The notes: generated by a model not told the origin, from the sequence alone. DNA of 64,000 nucleotides from a virus (IMGVR_UViG_2925897562_000001); one strand, 5' to 3'. Shown: positions 38,427 to 49,180, numbered from the stretch's first letter. Program-made: numbers and translations.

Positions 38427-41400
38427 ATGAACAAGCTATCTATGGGGGTGTTTCGCTGTTCAAGTGTCAGCGAAATATTGAAATACATTAGGGCAATAAC
38501 ATCTCACCGAGCGCCGATTAAATACGGCGTGGAAAAGGTGGAAGGCAAAAGCTATGACCGACTGCGCCGTGAGGCGAATCAGAAGGCGATAGATTTGCTT
38601 AATTCGCTGGTGGACGGCGCGACACTGACAGATGAACAGCGCCAGATCCTGGCTGGGTACACCGGTGAAGGCGGCATTGGCGGGTCCGTCTCCGAATATT
38701 ACACACCAAAGCCGATCGCTGAAGGTGTCTGGGAGATCATGAAGCTCTACGGCGCGGACGTAGGTAACACTCTGGAACCATCGGCGGGAACCGGCGTTTT
38801 TAATGAGACAAAACCGGTTGGTACGGTGATGACCGCGACTGAGATCAGCAGTGTTTCCGGTCGTATAAACCAGCTGTTGCACCCGGAAGACAGCGTACAG
38901 ATTTCTCCGTTCGAACAACTGGCTGTAAGCACGCCTAACGATTCATTCGACCATGTTGTGGGTAACGTTCCGTTCGGTGGTCGTGATAACACACGCAACA
39001 TCGATAAGCCTTACGCAGAAGAAACGGACATGGGTTCTTACTTCATGCTCCGCATGCTGGACAAGATAAAGCCAGGCGGATTCATGTGCGTGATTGTGCC
39101 GCCGTCCATTGTTTCAGGTTCAAACATGAAGCGGTTACGCCTGCGCCTATCACGGAAAGCTGAATTTCTTGGTGCCCACCGCTTGCCTACCGGTACTTTT
39201 GACGCAAACGGGACCAGTACAGTTGTTGATGTGGTGCTGATGCGCAAACATCCGGCAGAGATGGCTGAGAAAATCCCCCTGGTGGATGAAAGCACTCTCG
39301 AATCGGCAAATGTGCTTTGGCCAACGTTTATTTCTGGCAAGTGGTTTGAAAAGGACGGCCGCCGGTTTGTTCATGGCACCCAGGAAAAGGGCTTCCAGGG
39401 GCGTATTGAGGTTCGTGCCGACGGTCAGATTGATAACCAGGCTCTTAAAGCGAAGCTGATTCATCGTTTCGAAAGCCGTATCGACTGGTCTTTGCTCGAT
39501 ATGGCTGAACCGTCACCGACCGCAGACGTTGTTGGTGAAGGGGAAATGCGCCTGATTAATGGCGTATGGCAAAAATATGCTGGTGGTCGCTGGATTGAAG
39601 CTGATGCCGGGAAGGAACTTAAGATCGATGCTGCCAGTTATGGCGCGGATAGCTGGGAGGCTCTTCAGCGTAACCTGACTACAACAGAAGGCCGTCTCGG
39701 CATGACATTTACCCAGATGGCAAATGTCCGCGATAAGTACACCACATCAATCAGCGACGATATGGTGCAGCTGGTGGACTGGATTAACAGCCAGCCTGAA
39801 AAATACCGTGAACGCTTGTATCGCGGGGCGATGATTGGCCGGATGTTAATTGAATATCAGGACATGAAGGCCGCCGGGCATAGTGCTGAACAAATCGAAC
39901 AGCAGCGCCTTTCTCTGGTATCCCGTTTGCAGGCAGAGATTGACCGTTTTGGTAACCCCGGTCGCGGTCCGATAGCGAAATTGTCGGGGAGCGGTGCGCG
40001 CGCCTGGTTTGCTTTCCGTGGTGCAATTAAGCTGGATGGCACTATTTCTGACGAGCTGACAGGGAAGCTGGTTACGCATGATTCCAGCGCAAGTTATGAC
40101 TCCACCAGCTATCAGGACACCCTGCGTTATCTCTATAGCGATCTCACCCGCGATCCAATCCAGCTCGATGATTTCCGCCTTGCGTTTACCGGCGAACTGC
40201 CAGCCAGTGATGAAGAGTTGCTTAATTTATTGGCCAGCACCCCTGGTATTGCGGTTTCACCGTATGGCGGGATTGTTCCGTTCGCCCGCGCCACCAGCGG
40301 CGACATTAACGAGATAGTGGCTCCAAAACAGGAATTCCTCGCCACACTCCCCGACGGTCCAGTAAAGAACAACGTCCTTAATCAGCTGGCAGCTATCGAA
40401 GAGAAGCGCATCAAGACGCCAGCAGAGAATATCCGGTTTAAGCTCAATAGCCGTTGGTTCGACCGTTCCGTCATTCTGGAATTTTTGCAGGAAAACGGCT
40501 ATCCGGATCTGCGCTATGTGCAGTCAGTGCAGCTGGAAGGCGACGAAATGGTTTCTGACACCTATCACGGTGGTGATGGTCTGTTCGTCGGGCACCGATA
40601 CGGTGTCGTCCAGCGCAAGGATAAAGAAACAGGTGAGATTCGCTACGAGTGGGACCGTAAATCAGGTGAAAACGCGACCGGGTTCCCGGCACAGCTGGAA
40701 AAGTATCTCAATGGTGCGCGTATCGGTGGCAAAGATAGCGCGACGGCGAACGGCTACCGCGAGCAGATGGCACTGCTTGAGGACCAGTTCAATAAGTGGA
40801 TCAAGACGCACGATCGCTACGATGAGCTGGTTGCCAAATACAACGATGTGTTCAATAGCAATATCCCGTATGAACACTCTGGCGATCCGCTTGGGTTGAA
40901 GGGATTAAGCGGTAAGCGCCAGCCATTTGATTACCAGAATAGCGAGGTGCGCCGACTGTCCGAAGATGGGCGCGGCATCCTGGGCTTCGGCACCGGGCTG
41001 GGTAAAACCACGACCGCGCTGGCGCTTGAGGCGTTCAACTATGAGAACGGTCGCTCCACCCGTACTGCGTATGTAGTGCCTAAATCAGTGCTGGAAAACT
41101 GGTATTACGAAGCAAAAGAATTCCTGAGTGAAGAGGCATTCAGTAACTACCTGTTCGTCGGTCTTGATGTGCTGATGGATGGCGATCAGATTCGCCAGGT
41201 GCCGGTGCTCGATGAGAACGGTAAACCTGTTCTTGGTACTGATGGCACTCCAGTTATGCGCGATGCCTTAAAACTGGCAGATGAAGCCACTATCACGGCG
41301 CGGATGAACGCGATCCCGCACTCAAATTACCGTGCAGTCGTGTTTACCAAAGAACAATACGCCCGCATTCCGCTACGTGATGACACCGTAGATGAGCATG

Positions 41401-44400
41401 CACAGGATATGCTTTATGACTTCGTTGCCGCCGGACGCGTAGCCAGCGCAATGGACTCCGACTCCCACCGCAAAGAGGCCGCGCGTCGCCGGGTATTGTC
41501 GGAGTATTCAGATACCGGCACCGAAAAAGCAGAGAAGTATCCGTACTTTGAGGATATGGGCTTCGATAGTGTGATCGCTGACGAAGGTCACAACTACCGC
41601 AATAGCTATAAAAATGGTCGCGAAGCGTCACAACTGGCCTATCTGCCCACCAGCGCGGTGGCGCAATCGGCGCGAGATATGGCAATTAAAAACGCGTACC
41701 TGATGAAAAAGAATGGTGGGCGCGGGCCGGTTCTCCTGACTGCAACGCCAGTCGTTAACACCCCGATCGATGCATACAACATGCTTTCTCATGTTCTGCC
41801 GAAGGAATACTGGCAGAACATGGGGATCTACGGTCCTGATGACTTCGTTAAATTCTTCGGCAAGACCAGGCTGGAAACGGTACAGAAAATTAGCGGTGAA
41901 GTTGAAGAAAAAATGGCGCTGGTGGGCTTTGAAAACCTTGATGCGCTGCGCGGTATATTCCATCGCTGGGTAACGCTTAAAACGGCGGAAGACGTTAAGG
42001 ATACCGTGGAGATCCCGGAGCTGGACGAACACCAGCAGGATGCACCACTTACTGAAGAACAACTGGCGGCGTATGAAGAATTGCGTCAGCAGGCGGAAGC
42101 GGCGGCCAAAGCCAACAATGGCGTAACGACCTCGGTCAATGAAGACGGCGTGATTGAGCACGAGAAAGCCCGTCCGATCTTCTCAATAATCAGGGATATG
42201 GACCGCGTATGTACTGACATGGACCTGTACTATCGCCGGATCACCTATCGTTTCCTGCCGGAGTACGCCGATGCGGTGCAGCAGCTGGCGGACAGTTTGC
42301 CTAAACAAGCCACCAGCGAAGACGACGACAGTGATGATTCAATCACGCAGCAATCGCAATACTCCCTGATAGATAAGGGCGAGTTTATTCAGTTGCAGGT
42401 TCCGGAAGCGTTCGAGCAGGAAGTGAATAAGCGCCTGGCCAGGTTTGGCATTGACGAACAGACCGTAACTCACCCCGTTACGCCCAAATACGCGAAGCTG
42501 ATTGCCACGCTGAAGGAGTTTTTCCCGGAAGGTAAGCAAATCATCTTCACCGATGAAAAAACGCAGCACCAGAAGCTCAAGCGCATTATCTGCAATGCTC
42601 TTAACCTTGAACCTTCAAAGGTGGGGATACTGAATGCTCAGACGGTTGCCGAGGCAGGTAAAACCGGTAAGAAACTGAAAGCGGTTAAACCGCCGAAAGA
42701 GTTACCGGATGAACCAACAGATGCACAGATAGCGAAATACAACGAGCAAATGGCTCTGTATGACGCCTATATCGCGCAGCAAAATGAAATGTCGTTGGGC
42801 GGTCTGGAAAAGATTGCAGCCGACTTCCAGGAGGGCCGGACTCCGATCATCATCTGCAACAAAAAGGCAGAGGTGGGTATCAACCTGCATCGAGGAACGA
42901 CTGACATCCATCATCTGACGTTGCCATGGACTCCAGCCAGTATTGCGCAACGAAACGGTCGCGGTGCCCGAGTTGGCTCCAACCGTGCAAGCGTTCGCGT
43001 TCACTACTACTGCGGCAAGGGGTCTTTCGATGAATACCGACTGAAGACGCTGAAGCGTAAAGCAGGCTGGATCTCCGATATCCTCCGTTCAGATAAGTCA
43101 GAAATGGAGAACGCCGACGCCAACGATATGATCGAAATGCAGATGTATACCGCGAAGGATGACGGCGAACGTCTGGCAATGATGCAGGTTCAAATGGATA
43201 AGGCGAAAGCTGCGAAACGCGCTCGCCAGAAAGAACAGGCTACTATCGACCTTCAGAACTACATCAAGGCGCAGCACGCAGCTGGTGAGGATGTGGAGGT
43301 ACTTACCGCTGAATTGGAGCGAAGCAAAGCGGAACTTGAAAAGACCACCGCCGACGTCGCCAAATTCAAACAGGCGGTAATGGCCAAAGCAGCTGATAAC
43401 GCAGACTGGAAAGCCCGCTGGGGTAGCGTCCATCACACAGACCGTATGTTGTTAGCACAGTATCGCGCGTCGTTGAAAAGCGCCATTCAGCGCAAGGCTA
43501 ATATCTCTCAGGCCATCTCCCGCTATGAGAAATTATTGAACCGTACTCAGAAGGCCGCGACGGATATCAAACGCCTGCGCCCGCTGGTGGAGGATGCAAT
43601 AAATAAAGGCATTCTGGATGTTGATCCTGATCTGGTTAACCATGCGAATGAGTTCCTTGTTATCGGCGATCGCTCATGGCGTGTAGGCCAATACTATGAT
43701 TGTGCCGGTGATATCGTTCGCATTAAGTCGCTGGACTTCGACAGCCAGCGCGCAGACGTGGAGATCATCTTTACCTTCAAAGGCACCAAATCGGGTAACT
43801 GGGATGTGAAGACGCTGGATAAACAGGTTGATGTAACTCCCGATGAAGATGCTGTTATGCAGAAAATCAGTGGTGGCGTCTCCATCGCCGGGATTAACGA
43901 CATCGTTTCCTGTGACGATTTCTACCGTTTCCAGCAGCGCGGCATGATCAAAATCACTGACTCATACGGCGTTCAGACTACAGAGTCAGGCTATAGCATT
44001 GATTTTGTTGGTACCTATACGGACCCACTGAAGCATGCGGTTTACCCGGATCGCCGTGACAGCGCGCTGAAGTCGTCAATTGCAAAATGGGTGCTTGGTA
44101 TGATGTCGGAAGGGAATAACCGCCAGATCCGTTCGGCAGAAACATTCCTGGTTGAACTGTTTGGCTCCAATTATGGCGATGTAATCGCGTCATACGGAGA
44201 TACGCTATCCCCTGAAGCAATTCAGGAGAAAATAGCGGATGCGATCGCCAGAATGCCGGAAAAAACAAGCCAGGGGGCTACTCGTAACGGGGATTCTGAA
44301 CTTGAAGTCACCAATGCCATTTTCGGTACCAATGAGTTCCGGGCGTCAGATTATGAGATCACCACAGCACAGTTTGGCACCATTGGCATTTACAGCAATA

Positions 44401-45194
44401 AAGACGAGATCAAGCAGACAATGGACGCAGCAAGCGCGCGCATTGCAGCAGAACGGAAAGCCAATCTGAATCATGCAGTCGCCGCGCTGACTCAATCGTG
44501 GGTAACAGCAATCAGGAAGGCCGCCACCACAGGGAAAATCACACCGGCAATTGCGGATGTCGTAAACGACGGCTCTAAATTTATGGATGCCTATCAAATG
44601 GATGCGGTGCAGTTGCCATCAGCCTATGGGCAACTCAGCTATCGCATGACCTACAACCTGGTATCAATGTTTACCGACCTTGCCATCCTTGGGCTGGTGG
44701 ACCTTAACGAGGTTACGCCGGAATTGCTCAGCATGCGCAAGAATCATGTGGAGATATTGCACAGAATTAACACGGTACTTGCCGGGCGCACCGATGAAGA
44801 GAAACAGGCAGACGCTGATCGGATAAACCTGGCCCTTGGCAACATCACGGAGGAAGAAATTGCCGCCAGAAACGAGAAACAAGAAGAGTTATCATCAATA
44901 CAGGGTGATGCCACCAGCATAGCTCAGTCTCTTGGTCTGAATTATCGCGTATCCACCGCCGACCTGAAGATGATGTACGCACCAAAATTCGCCGCTGGCG
45001 AGGTATTTGGGCTTCAGGAAGCCTCCGGCATGAAAGGGGTTCTTTTCCGTGCGAAAGACGCAATCAAGGCGAAATTCGGCGCTCGCTGGTTGCCAGCGAA
45101 GGCGAAGAACAGCGACTTCCCAGGTAACTGGTGGATTATCGAGACAAAACACAACGTGGCGGACGTTCTGGCCGTCATCCAACAATACGCATAA
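38427..45194 (+). CDS. darB: DarB anti-restriction protein, N6-adenine methyltransferase plus SF2 helicase fusion (2255 aa)
   Basis: 2255 aa; MTase motif VVGNVPFGG; helicase Walker A GFGTGLGKTT, DEGH box VIADEGHNYRN, motif VI QRNGRGARVGS. Confidence 0.9.
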   Translation: MNKLSMGVFRCSSVSEILKYIRAITSHRAPIKYGVEKVEGKSYDRLRREANQKAIDLLNSLVDGATLTDEQRQILAGYTGEGGIGGSVSEYYTPKPIAEGVWEIMKLYGADVGNTLEPSAGTGVFNETKPVGTVMTATEISSVSGRINQLLHPEDSVQISPFEQLAVSTPNDSFDHVVGNVPFGGRDNTRNIDKPYAEETDMGSYFMLRMLDKIKPGGFMCVIVPPSIVSGSNMKRLRLRLSRKAEFLGAHRLPTGTFDANGTSTVVDVVLMRKHPAEMAEKIPLVDESTLESANVLWPTFISGKWFEKDGRRFVHGTQEKGFQGRIEVRADGQIDNQALKAKLIHRFESRIDWSLLDMAEPSPTADVVGEGEMRLINGVWQKYAGGRWIEADAGKELKIDAASYGADSWEALQRNLTTTEGRLGMTFTQMANVRDKYTTSISDDMVQLVDWINSQPEKYRERLYRGAMIGRMLIEYQDMKAAGHSAEQIEQQRLSLVSRLQAEIDRFGNPGRGPIAKLSGSGARAWFAFRGAIKLDGTISDELTGKLVTHDSSASYDSTSYQDTLRYLYSDLTRDPIQLDDFRLAFTGELPASDEELLNLLASTPGIAVSPYGGIVPFARATSGDINEIVAPKQEFLATLPDGPVKNNVLNQLAAIEEKRIKTPAENIRFKLNSRWFDRSVILEFLQENGYPDLRYVQSVQLEGDEMVSDTYHGGDGLFVGHRYGVVQRKDKETGEIRYEWDRKSGENATGFPAQLEKYLNGARIGGKDSATANGYREQMALLEDQFNKWIKTHDRYDELVAKYNDVFNSNIPYEHSGDPLGLKGLSGKRQPFDYQNSEVRRLSEDGRGILGFGTGLGKTTTALALEAFNYENGRSTRTAYVVPKSVLENWYYEAKEFLSEEAFSNYLFVGLDVLMDGDQIRQVPVLDENGKPVLGTDGTPVMRDALKLADEATITARMNAIPHSNYRAVVFTKEQYARIPLRDDTVDEHAQDMLYDFVAAGRVASAMDSDSHRKEAARRRVLSEYSDTGTEKAEKYPYFEDMGFDSVIADEGHNYRNSYKNGREASQLAYLPTSAVAQSARDMAIKNAYLMKKNGGRGPVLLTATPVVNTPIDAYNMLSHVLPKEYWQNMGIYGPDDFVKFFGKTRLETVQKISGEVEEKMALVGFENLDALRGIFHRWVTLKTAEDVKDTVEIPELDEHQQDAPLTEEQLAAYEELRQQAEAAAKANNGVTTSVNEDGVIEHEKARPIFSIIRDMDRVCTDMDLYYRRITYRFLPEYADAVQQLADSLPKQATSEDDDSDDSITQQSQYSLIDKGEFIQLQVPEAFEQEVNKRLARFGIDEQTVTHPVTPKYAKLIATLKEFFPEGKQIIFTDEKTQHQKLKRIICNALNLEPSKVGILNAQTVAEAGKTGKKLKAVKPPKELPDEPTDAQIAKYNEQMALYDAYIAQQNEMSLGGLEKIAADFQEGRTPIIICNKKAEVGINLHRGTTDIHHLTLPWTPASIAQRNGRGARVGSNRASVRVHYYCGKGSFDEYRLKTLKRKAGWISDILRSDKSEMENADANDMIEMQMYTAKDDGERLAMMQVQMDKAKAAKRARQKEQATIDLQNYIKAQHAAGEDVEVLTAELERSKAELEKTTADVAKFKQAVMAKAADNADWKARWGSVHHTDRMLLAQYRASLKSAIQRKANISQAISRYEKLLNRTQKAATDIKRLRPLVEDAINKGILDVDPDLVNHANEFLVIGDRSWRVGQYYDCAGDIVRIKSLDFDSQRADVEIIFTFKGTKSGNWDVKTLDKQVDVTPDEDAVMQKISGGVSIAGINDIVSCDDFYRFQQRGMIKITDSYGVQTTESGYSIDFVGTYTDPLKHAVYPDRRDSALKSSIAKWVLGMMSEGNNRQIRSAETFLVELFGSNYGDVIASYGDTLSPEAIQEKIADAIARMPEKTSQGATRNGDSELEVTNAIFGTNEFRASDYEITTAQFGTIGIYSNKDEIKQTMDAASARIAAERKANLNHAVAALTQSWVTAIRKAATTGKITPAIADVVNDGSKFMDAYQMDAVQLPSAYGQLSYRMTYNLVSMFTDLAILGLVDLNEVTPELLSMRKNHVEILHRINTVLAGRTDEEKQADADRINLALGNITEEEIAARNEKQEELSSIQGDATSIAQSLGLNYRVSTADLKMMYAPKFAAGEVFGLQEASGMKGVLFRAKDAIKAKFGARWLPAKAKNSDFPGNWWIIETKHNVADVLAVIQQYA

Positions 45195-45227
45195 CAGGAG
45201 CGCCCGGTTCGCCGGGCGTCGCATAAT

Positions 45228-45668
45228 ATGGCCACACTATCTGATACAATAAAACCGAATAAAACATATCTTGAGGCGGTACTCCGTACAGCGTTGTTAG
45301 GAAAGACAGAAGACGAATACGTTGATTTCTTCCTGTCAGGGCTACGCGGGCGATTACTGAAAAATCCCCGCCTGTACCGCAGCTATGGTCCATACTGGCC
45401 GGAAATTAAAAAATTATTACTGGAGCGCGGTTATGGTAATTTCGGTCGTCTCGTTGACCGTGACGTTCGCAAAATTTACCGTTATGACCGCCCGGCGCTA
45501 ACACTCATAGCCGCGACGCTCTACAGCCAGGAGCGTTTTGATAATGGTCAGATATACTCAGCCTGGCATTTACTGCCAGTGCCTGAAGAAGTTGACGACC
45601 AGGACTATGAGTTTGAGTCTTACGATTTGGAAGTTGAAGCCTTGGCACAGGCTGGAGAGAAAACTTGA
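45228..45668 (+). CDS. ulx: Ulx (146 aa)
   Basis: Immediately downstream of darB, as in P1. Confidence 0.6.
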   Translation: MATLSDTIKPNKTYLEAVLRTALLGKTEDEYVDFFLSGLRGRLLKNPRLYRSYGPYWPEIKKLLLERGYGNFGRLVDRDVRKIYRYDRPALTLIAATLYSQERFDNGQIYSAWHLLPVPEEVDDQDYEFESYDLEVEALAQAGEKT

Positions 45669-45913
45669 AAAAGCGATACTACACAGTAAAGCATGGGACG
45701 CTACGAGCATTACAAGAGTTTGCTGATAAGCATAACGTTGAGGTGCGCAGGGAAGGGGGAAGTAAAGCTCTGCGCATGTACCGCCCGGACGGGAAATGGC
45801 GGACGGTGGTCGATTTCAAAACTAACAGTGTTCCCCAGGGCGTCCGCGATCGGGCATTCGAAGAATGGGAGCAGATCATCATAGATAACGCATTGCTCCT
45901 GAATGCAGATTGA
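45665..45913 (+). CDS. lxc: Lxc/Bof C1 corepressor (82 aa)
   Basis: 82 aa, coupled to ulx. Confidence 0.65.
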   Translation: MKKRYYTVKHGTLRALQEFADKHNVEVRREGGSKALRMYRPDGKWRTVVDFKTNSVPQGVRDRAFEEWEQIIIDNALLLNAD

Positions 45914-45949
45914 CAATTTTGCCCGGAATTACCGGGCAAAATTAAGCAA

Positions 45950-47086
45950 CTATCCTTCGTTACGAAGATGCTTATCTAAGAATTTTGTAAACTGGTTTGT
46001 TGAGCCAAAATAGTTGGGGTAGGCTTTTTTTAGTGACTTAATGTTATCTGTAGCAACGAGAACAGATATCAATACATTAGGATTAGAATCGTCTTTATTT
46101 AAGGCCTCAAGGGCTTCATCTGCTTCTTTTGTTTTAAATGCGCGAACAGACACTAGGAACATTTTTTTGTTTTTTGTATTGGGCTTGTTTTCTGCATTTC
46201 TCATTGTTACTAAGTAATGCCCCTTATGATTTTTTGGCAACTTCTTAATCAAATTCGCGTCAGAAGTTAAATTTAAGGCGATGGTGTATGTGCTTAGTTT
46301 CCTCCGTACAGATAAAGTCCGTTCCAGCTCTTTAAGCTCGCCTTCATACTGAGATACAACTAGCTCATCAAGAGTGCAGGCTTTTTCGTCGTGCGCTACA
46401 AGACATCCGGCTAGATAGAAAAATCGTCTCCATTCTGGATGCCCTTCACTTGAAGTTTTCAGCTTGATACCTTCAAGGGTATCAATTATTTCAAGGCTGG
46501 TAGCCCAAGCATGCTGCAATTGAGTTCTTAACTGTATCTCAATCTTTGTTTTTCGCCACGGATATTGATCCTCTTTCTGATCGAAGCAACTGTATGCAAG
46601 GTGGATTCCACTATAGCCGCTGTCTTTGGGAGTAAGATAATCATACTCTTTAACAATCCTATGAACAGATTTGCTTTTTAAAAGACGTTCCTTTAGCTGT
46701 ATCAACTGGTCTAAGTTTCTGACAATGGCCCTACATCCGCCAACGTCCTGCATCCGTGTTAATTTAATTGCATTGCTAGTTCTGCCTCCATCAAGACTAG
46801 GACGCTCTAGTTTATCTATTATGGTAGAAAGTCGCTTAAGTCTTCTTGCAACGAGAATCTTTTTGTCCTTGTCAACCTTAGCAGCTGCTCTTGCTAAATG
46901 ATTTTTCATGAGCATTAATGGATAAAGATGCAGCTCACGGAAATTTTGTATCATTTCAATAGATTGCTGCCTTTCTTCGTCACTACACCCGTGCCTTATC
47001 AATTGAGCAGCCCTATCAATTTGAGATTTTGAATATTTCAACTTGCATTTTTGACTTTGATAAACTTCATTCCCCATTGCTTTCAT
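45950..47086 (-). CDS. fused toxin-antitoxin anti-phage protein: N-terminal RelA/SpoT-like nucleotidyltransferase (toxSAS), C-terminal Cys-free regulatory domain; CapRel-like (378 aa, or 375 aa from ATG at 47077)
   Basis: RSH synthetase signature RMQDVGGCRAIV, DSGYSGIHLAY, EIQLRTQLQHAWATSLEI; no separate antitoxin ORF; occupies the slot of P1 res/mod. Confidence 0.8.
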   Translation of the reverse strand: MKAMGNEVYQSQKCKLKYSKSQIDRAAQLIRHGCSDEERQQSIEMIQNFRELHLYPLMLMKNHLARAAAKVDKDKKILVARRLKRLSTIIDKLERPSLDGGRTSNAIKLTRMQDVGGCRAIVRNLDQLIQLKERLLKSKSVHRIVKEYDYLTPKDSGYSGIHLAYSCFDQKEDQYPWRKTKIEIQLRTQLQHAWATSLEIIDTLEGIKLKTSSEGHPEWRRFFYLAGCLVAHDEKACTLDELVVSQYEGELKELERTLSVRRKLSTYTIALNLTSDANLIKKLPKNHKGHYLVTMRNAENKPNTKNKKMFLVSVRAFKTKEADEALEALNKDDSNPNVLISVLVATDNIKSLKKAYPNYFGSTNQFTKFLDKHLRNEG

Positions 47087-47179
47087 CCATTTTAAATGAT
47101 TTACATGCTGTTACATCTAATGATAAAGCGGTTAGAAAATCAATGGAGAATGTAACCACAAAATTACTGTATGTAATTG

Positions 47180-47821
47180 TTAAAAATAATTATGCTTGCC
47201 TGTTAATACCCCTTTCGGCACTTTTTTTTGTTCCAGTATCTGGGTGCCCAGAATTATGTTAATCAGTGGACTTAGTAACGATGGTTCTTGGCGGGCCTCA
47301 ACTTCTCCAGCCATTGCCCTGATGTAGTCGGCGCTGGCAACGTTGTTGTATTCCGTCGCAAAGCAACATAGTAACGTCAGAACATGCTCTGTCGTTATTT
47401 CGCTCCAGTTGATGTTGAAAAATTCATCGCCTTTTTTATCGTGTTCGGAATCGAAGATGCTTTGGTGGAGAATGTATTTGCCGGATTCCTTGCGCGGTAA
47501 CTTGATTGCTTTCTGGCGTTCCAGCTCCTTATAAATCTGCATTGCCTCAATTAGTACCGGCCTGCCGTTCATGAAGGGATCGCGCAACCTTACACGCTGG
47601 CCAACTCGACCAGTAATAAAGCTGTTTTCCTCTTCCACCAGCACGATAAAACCCTTTTCCTCTTTTTCTCGCAATTCGCGCAGCAGCTGGAGTTCCATAT
47701 CGCGGCGGCGTTCAGGGTAGCTGGTCCGCTCAGCCATTATCAGCTCGTTATTGATCCATGCAGCAGTCATTGACGCCGGTTTGCCGACGCTCATCGAAAC
47801 AACGCATATTTTCTTATCCAT
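47180..47821 (-). CDS. hypothetical protein (213 aa from ATG at 47821), Mat-like by position
   Basis: AGGGGG RBS before ATG at 47821; between ref and the defence slot. Confidence 0.45.
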   Translation of the reverse strand: MDKKICVVSMSVGKPASMTAAWINNELIMAERTSYPERRRDMELQLLRELREKEEKGFIVLVEEENSFITGRVGQRVRLRDPFMNGRPVLIEAMQIYKELERQKAIKLPRKESGKYILHQSIFDSEHDKKGDEFFNINWSEITTEHVLTLLCCFATEYNNVASADYIRAMAGEVEARQEPSLLSPLINIILGTQILEQKKVPKGVLTGKHNYF

Positions 47822-48010
47822 AGCGCCCCCTACAAAAAAGAAAAGCCACCAGCGGCGGCTTAGCAATACAACTGAAGGTAGCGCCCGGTACTCAGACTGT
47901 GCCGTCCATGGAATATTTGAAAAGGGATCCATCCGTACCGGGCATGTGATGATTCTGACTGAAGTCACTTGTCAGTTGTCAATCATTTATCATTAAAAAT
48001 AATATATTTA

Positions 48011-48571
48011 TTAGTGCATGATGTTTGCCATCTCATAGGCGTCAGCCAGTAACTCCATCTCTGACTTGTTCAGCAAGGTGAATTCTTTCTTGCCTCCAAC
48101 CACACCATCGGCATGAACAGGGACCAGCCAGGGGTATTTTGCTCTTACTTCAGCCGGTGCTGCATGCTGGTGGTGCCATCTGCAAAGGGGCAATTGCTTT
48201 TTGTGACAACCCGGCGCGGTACGACCGGAGATATGGTGCAGAGACACCTCTTCAGATATTACTCCATGCATGTAGCAGGCAATGCAGGGGAGAGTGCCAA
48301 GAGCATTGGCGATAGTCTGTTCCTCCTCCGTCGGTGTTCGCCCCTTCAAGCCACGAGATTTTATTTTTACCGCACTTTTCCGCGTTTTGCTGGCTGGTGG
48401 GCGCTCTTTCTGTTTAGCGATACGGCGGTCGATAGAATCCCGCATTTTCTGATATTGCGATTCTCGCCAGGCGGGGTCAGCCAACTTTTCCCGTTGCCGA
48501 GCGATCGCTCGTTCTCTGGCTGCCTTCTGCCACTCGCGGCGCTGTTCAAGTTTTTGTTCGATTGTTTTCAT
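48011..48571 (-). CDS. ref: Ref recombination enhancement function, HNH endonuclease (186 aa)
   Basis: Starts MKTIEQKLEQRREW; basic N-terminus; HNH motif CIACYMHG...LHHISGR...CRWHH. Confidence 0.8.
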   Translation of the reverse strand: MKTIEQKLEQRREWQKAARERAIARQREKLADPAWRESQYQKMRDSIDRRIAKQKERPPASKTRKSAVKIKSRGLKGRTPTEEEQTIANALGTLPCIACYMHGVISEEVSLHHISGRTAPGCHKKQLPLCRWHHQHAAPAEVRAKYPWLVPVHADGVVGGKKEFTLLNKSEMELLADAYEMANIMH

Positions 48572-48669
48572 ATGGCAAAAAAAAGGCGGCCTAATGGCCG
48601 CCAATGATGTCAAGGAGTGAAGTAATGGCAACGTCTTCGTAGTTGACAAAAACTGCGGCCAAATTATAG

Positions 48670-48686
48670 CAATCAATTAGAGCAAT
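48670..48686. promoter_or_regulatory. C1 operator-like site(s) upstream of ref
   Basis: Tandem partial operators AAATTATAGCAAT and CAATTAGAGCAAT. Confidence 0.5.
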
Positions 48687-48818
48687 GGTATATATTTTGT
48701 TTCTCGCGAATCACATTTTTTCACTTCAGTACCTGTGTGCTATACTCCTTCTTGATTGATTGGATGCGGAATACAAACCCGCTCTTTTGTGCAGCCTGGC
48801 TCCTTGCCAGGCTTTTTT

Positions 48819-49130
48819 TTATTTCATCATGGAAGCGGTTAACGCTTTGGACCTTGCTGAACTGATTGAAAGGGCATTGTTTACCTTACCCAGGAGTTCG
48901 CCAAATTCCCCCATCACTCTAGTAAGCCCGCGCCGCGCTTCCTCCTCCGTTGCATTCATCACAAAATGTTCAGCACTCCGCATGCTTTTAACGGGGAACG
49001 CAACAGATATCGAGTCGATATCAGGCATCCTATCGCTCAACTTTACGGTGACAATGACAGATGGCGACAGAATATTAGTGCTTACAGACAGCACTACATA
49101 TTTTCCGTCGATGTTGAAATCCTTTCTCAT
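48819..49130 (-). CDS. Cra-like protein downstream of cre (103 aa)
   Basis: ORF following cre on the same strand. Confidence 0.35.
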   Translation of the reverse strand: MRKDFNIDGKYVVLSVSTNILSPSVIVTVKLSDRMPDIDSISVAFPVKSMRSAEHFVMNATEEEARRGLTRVMGEFGELLGKVNNALSISSARSKALTASMMK

Positions 49131-49180
49131 ATGCCACCATAAATATCAAAGAATTAGAGCAATCATTTACGCGTTAATGG

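Noticed and set aside
38460-45224. Many antisense or out-of-frame ORFs inside darB (e.g. 41628..42161, 38460..38918, 43098..43436)
   Set aside because: All lie within the continuous 2255-aa darB frame that carries recognisable MTase and helicase motifs; their proteins are low-complexity and motif-free.
45175-45939. Minus-strand ORFs overlapping ulx and lxc (45175..45393, 45679..45939, 45710..45916)
   Set aside because: Antisense to two translationally coupled genes in conserved P1 order; no RBS.
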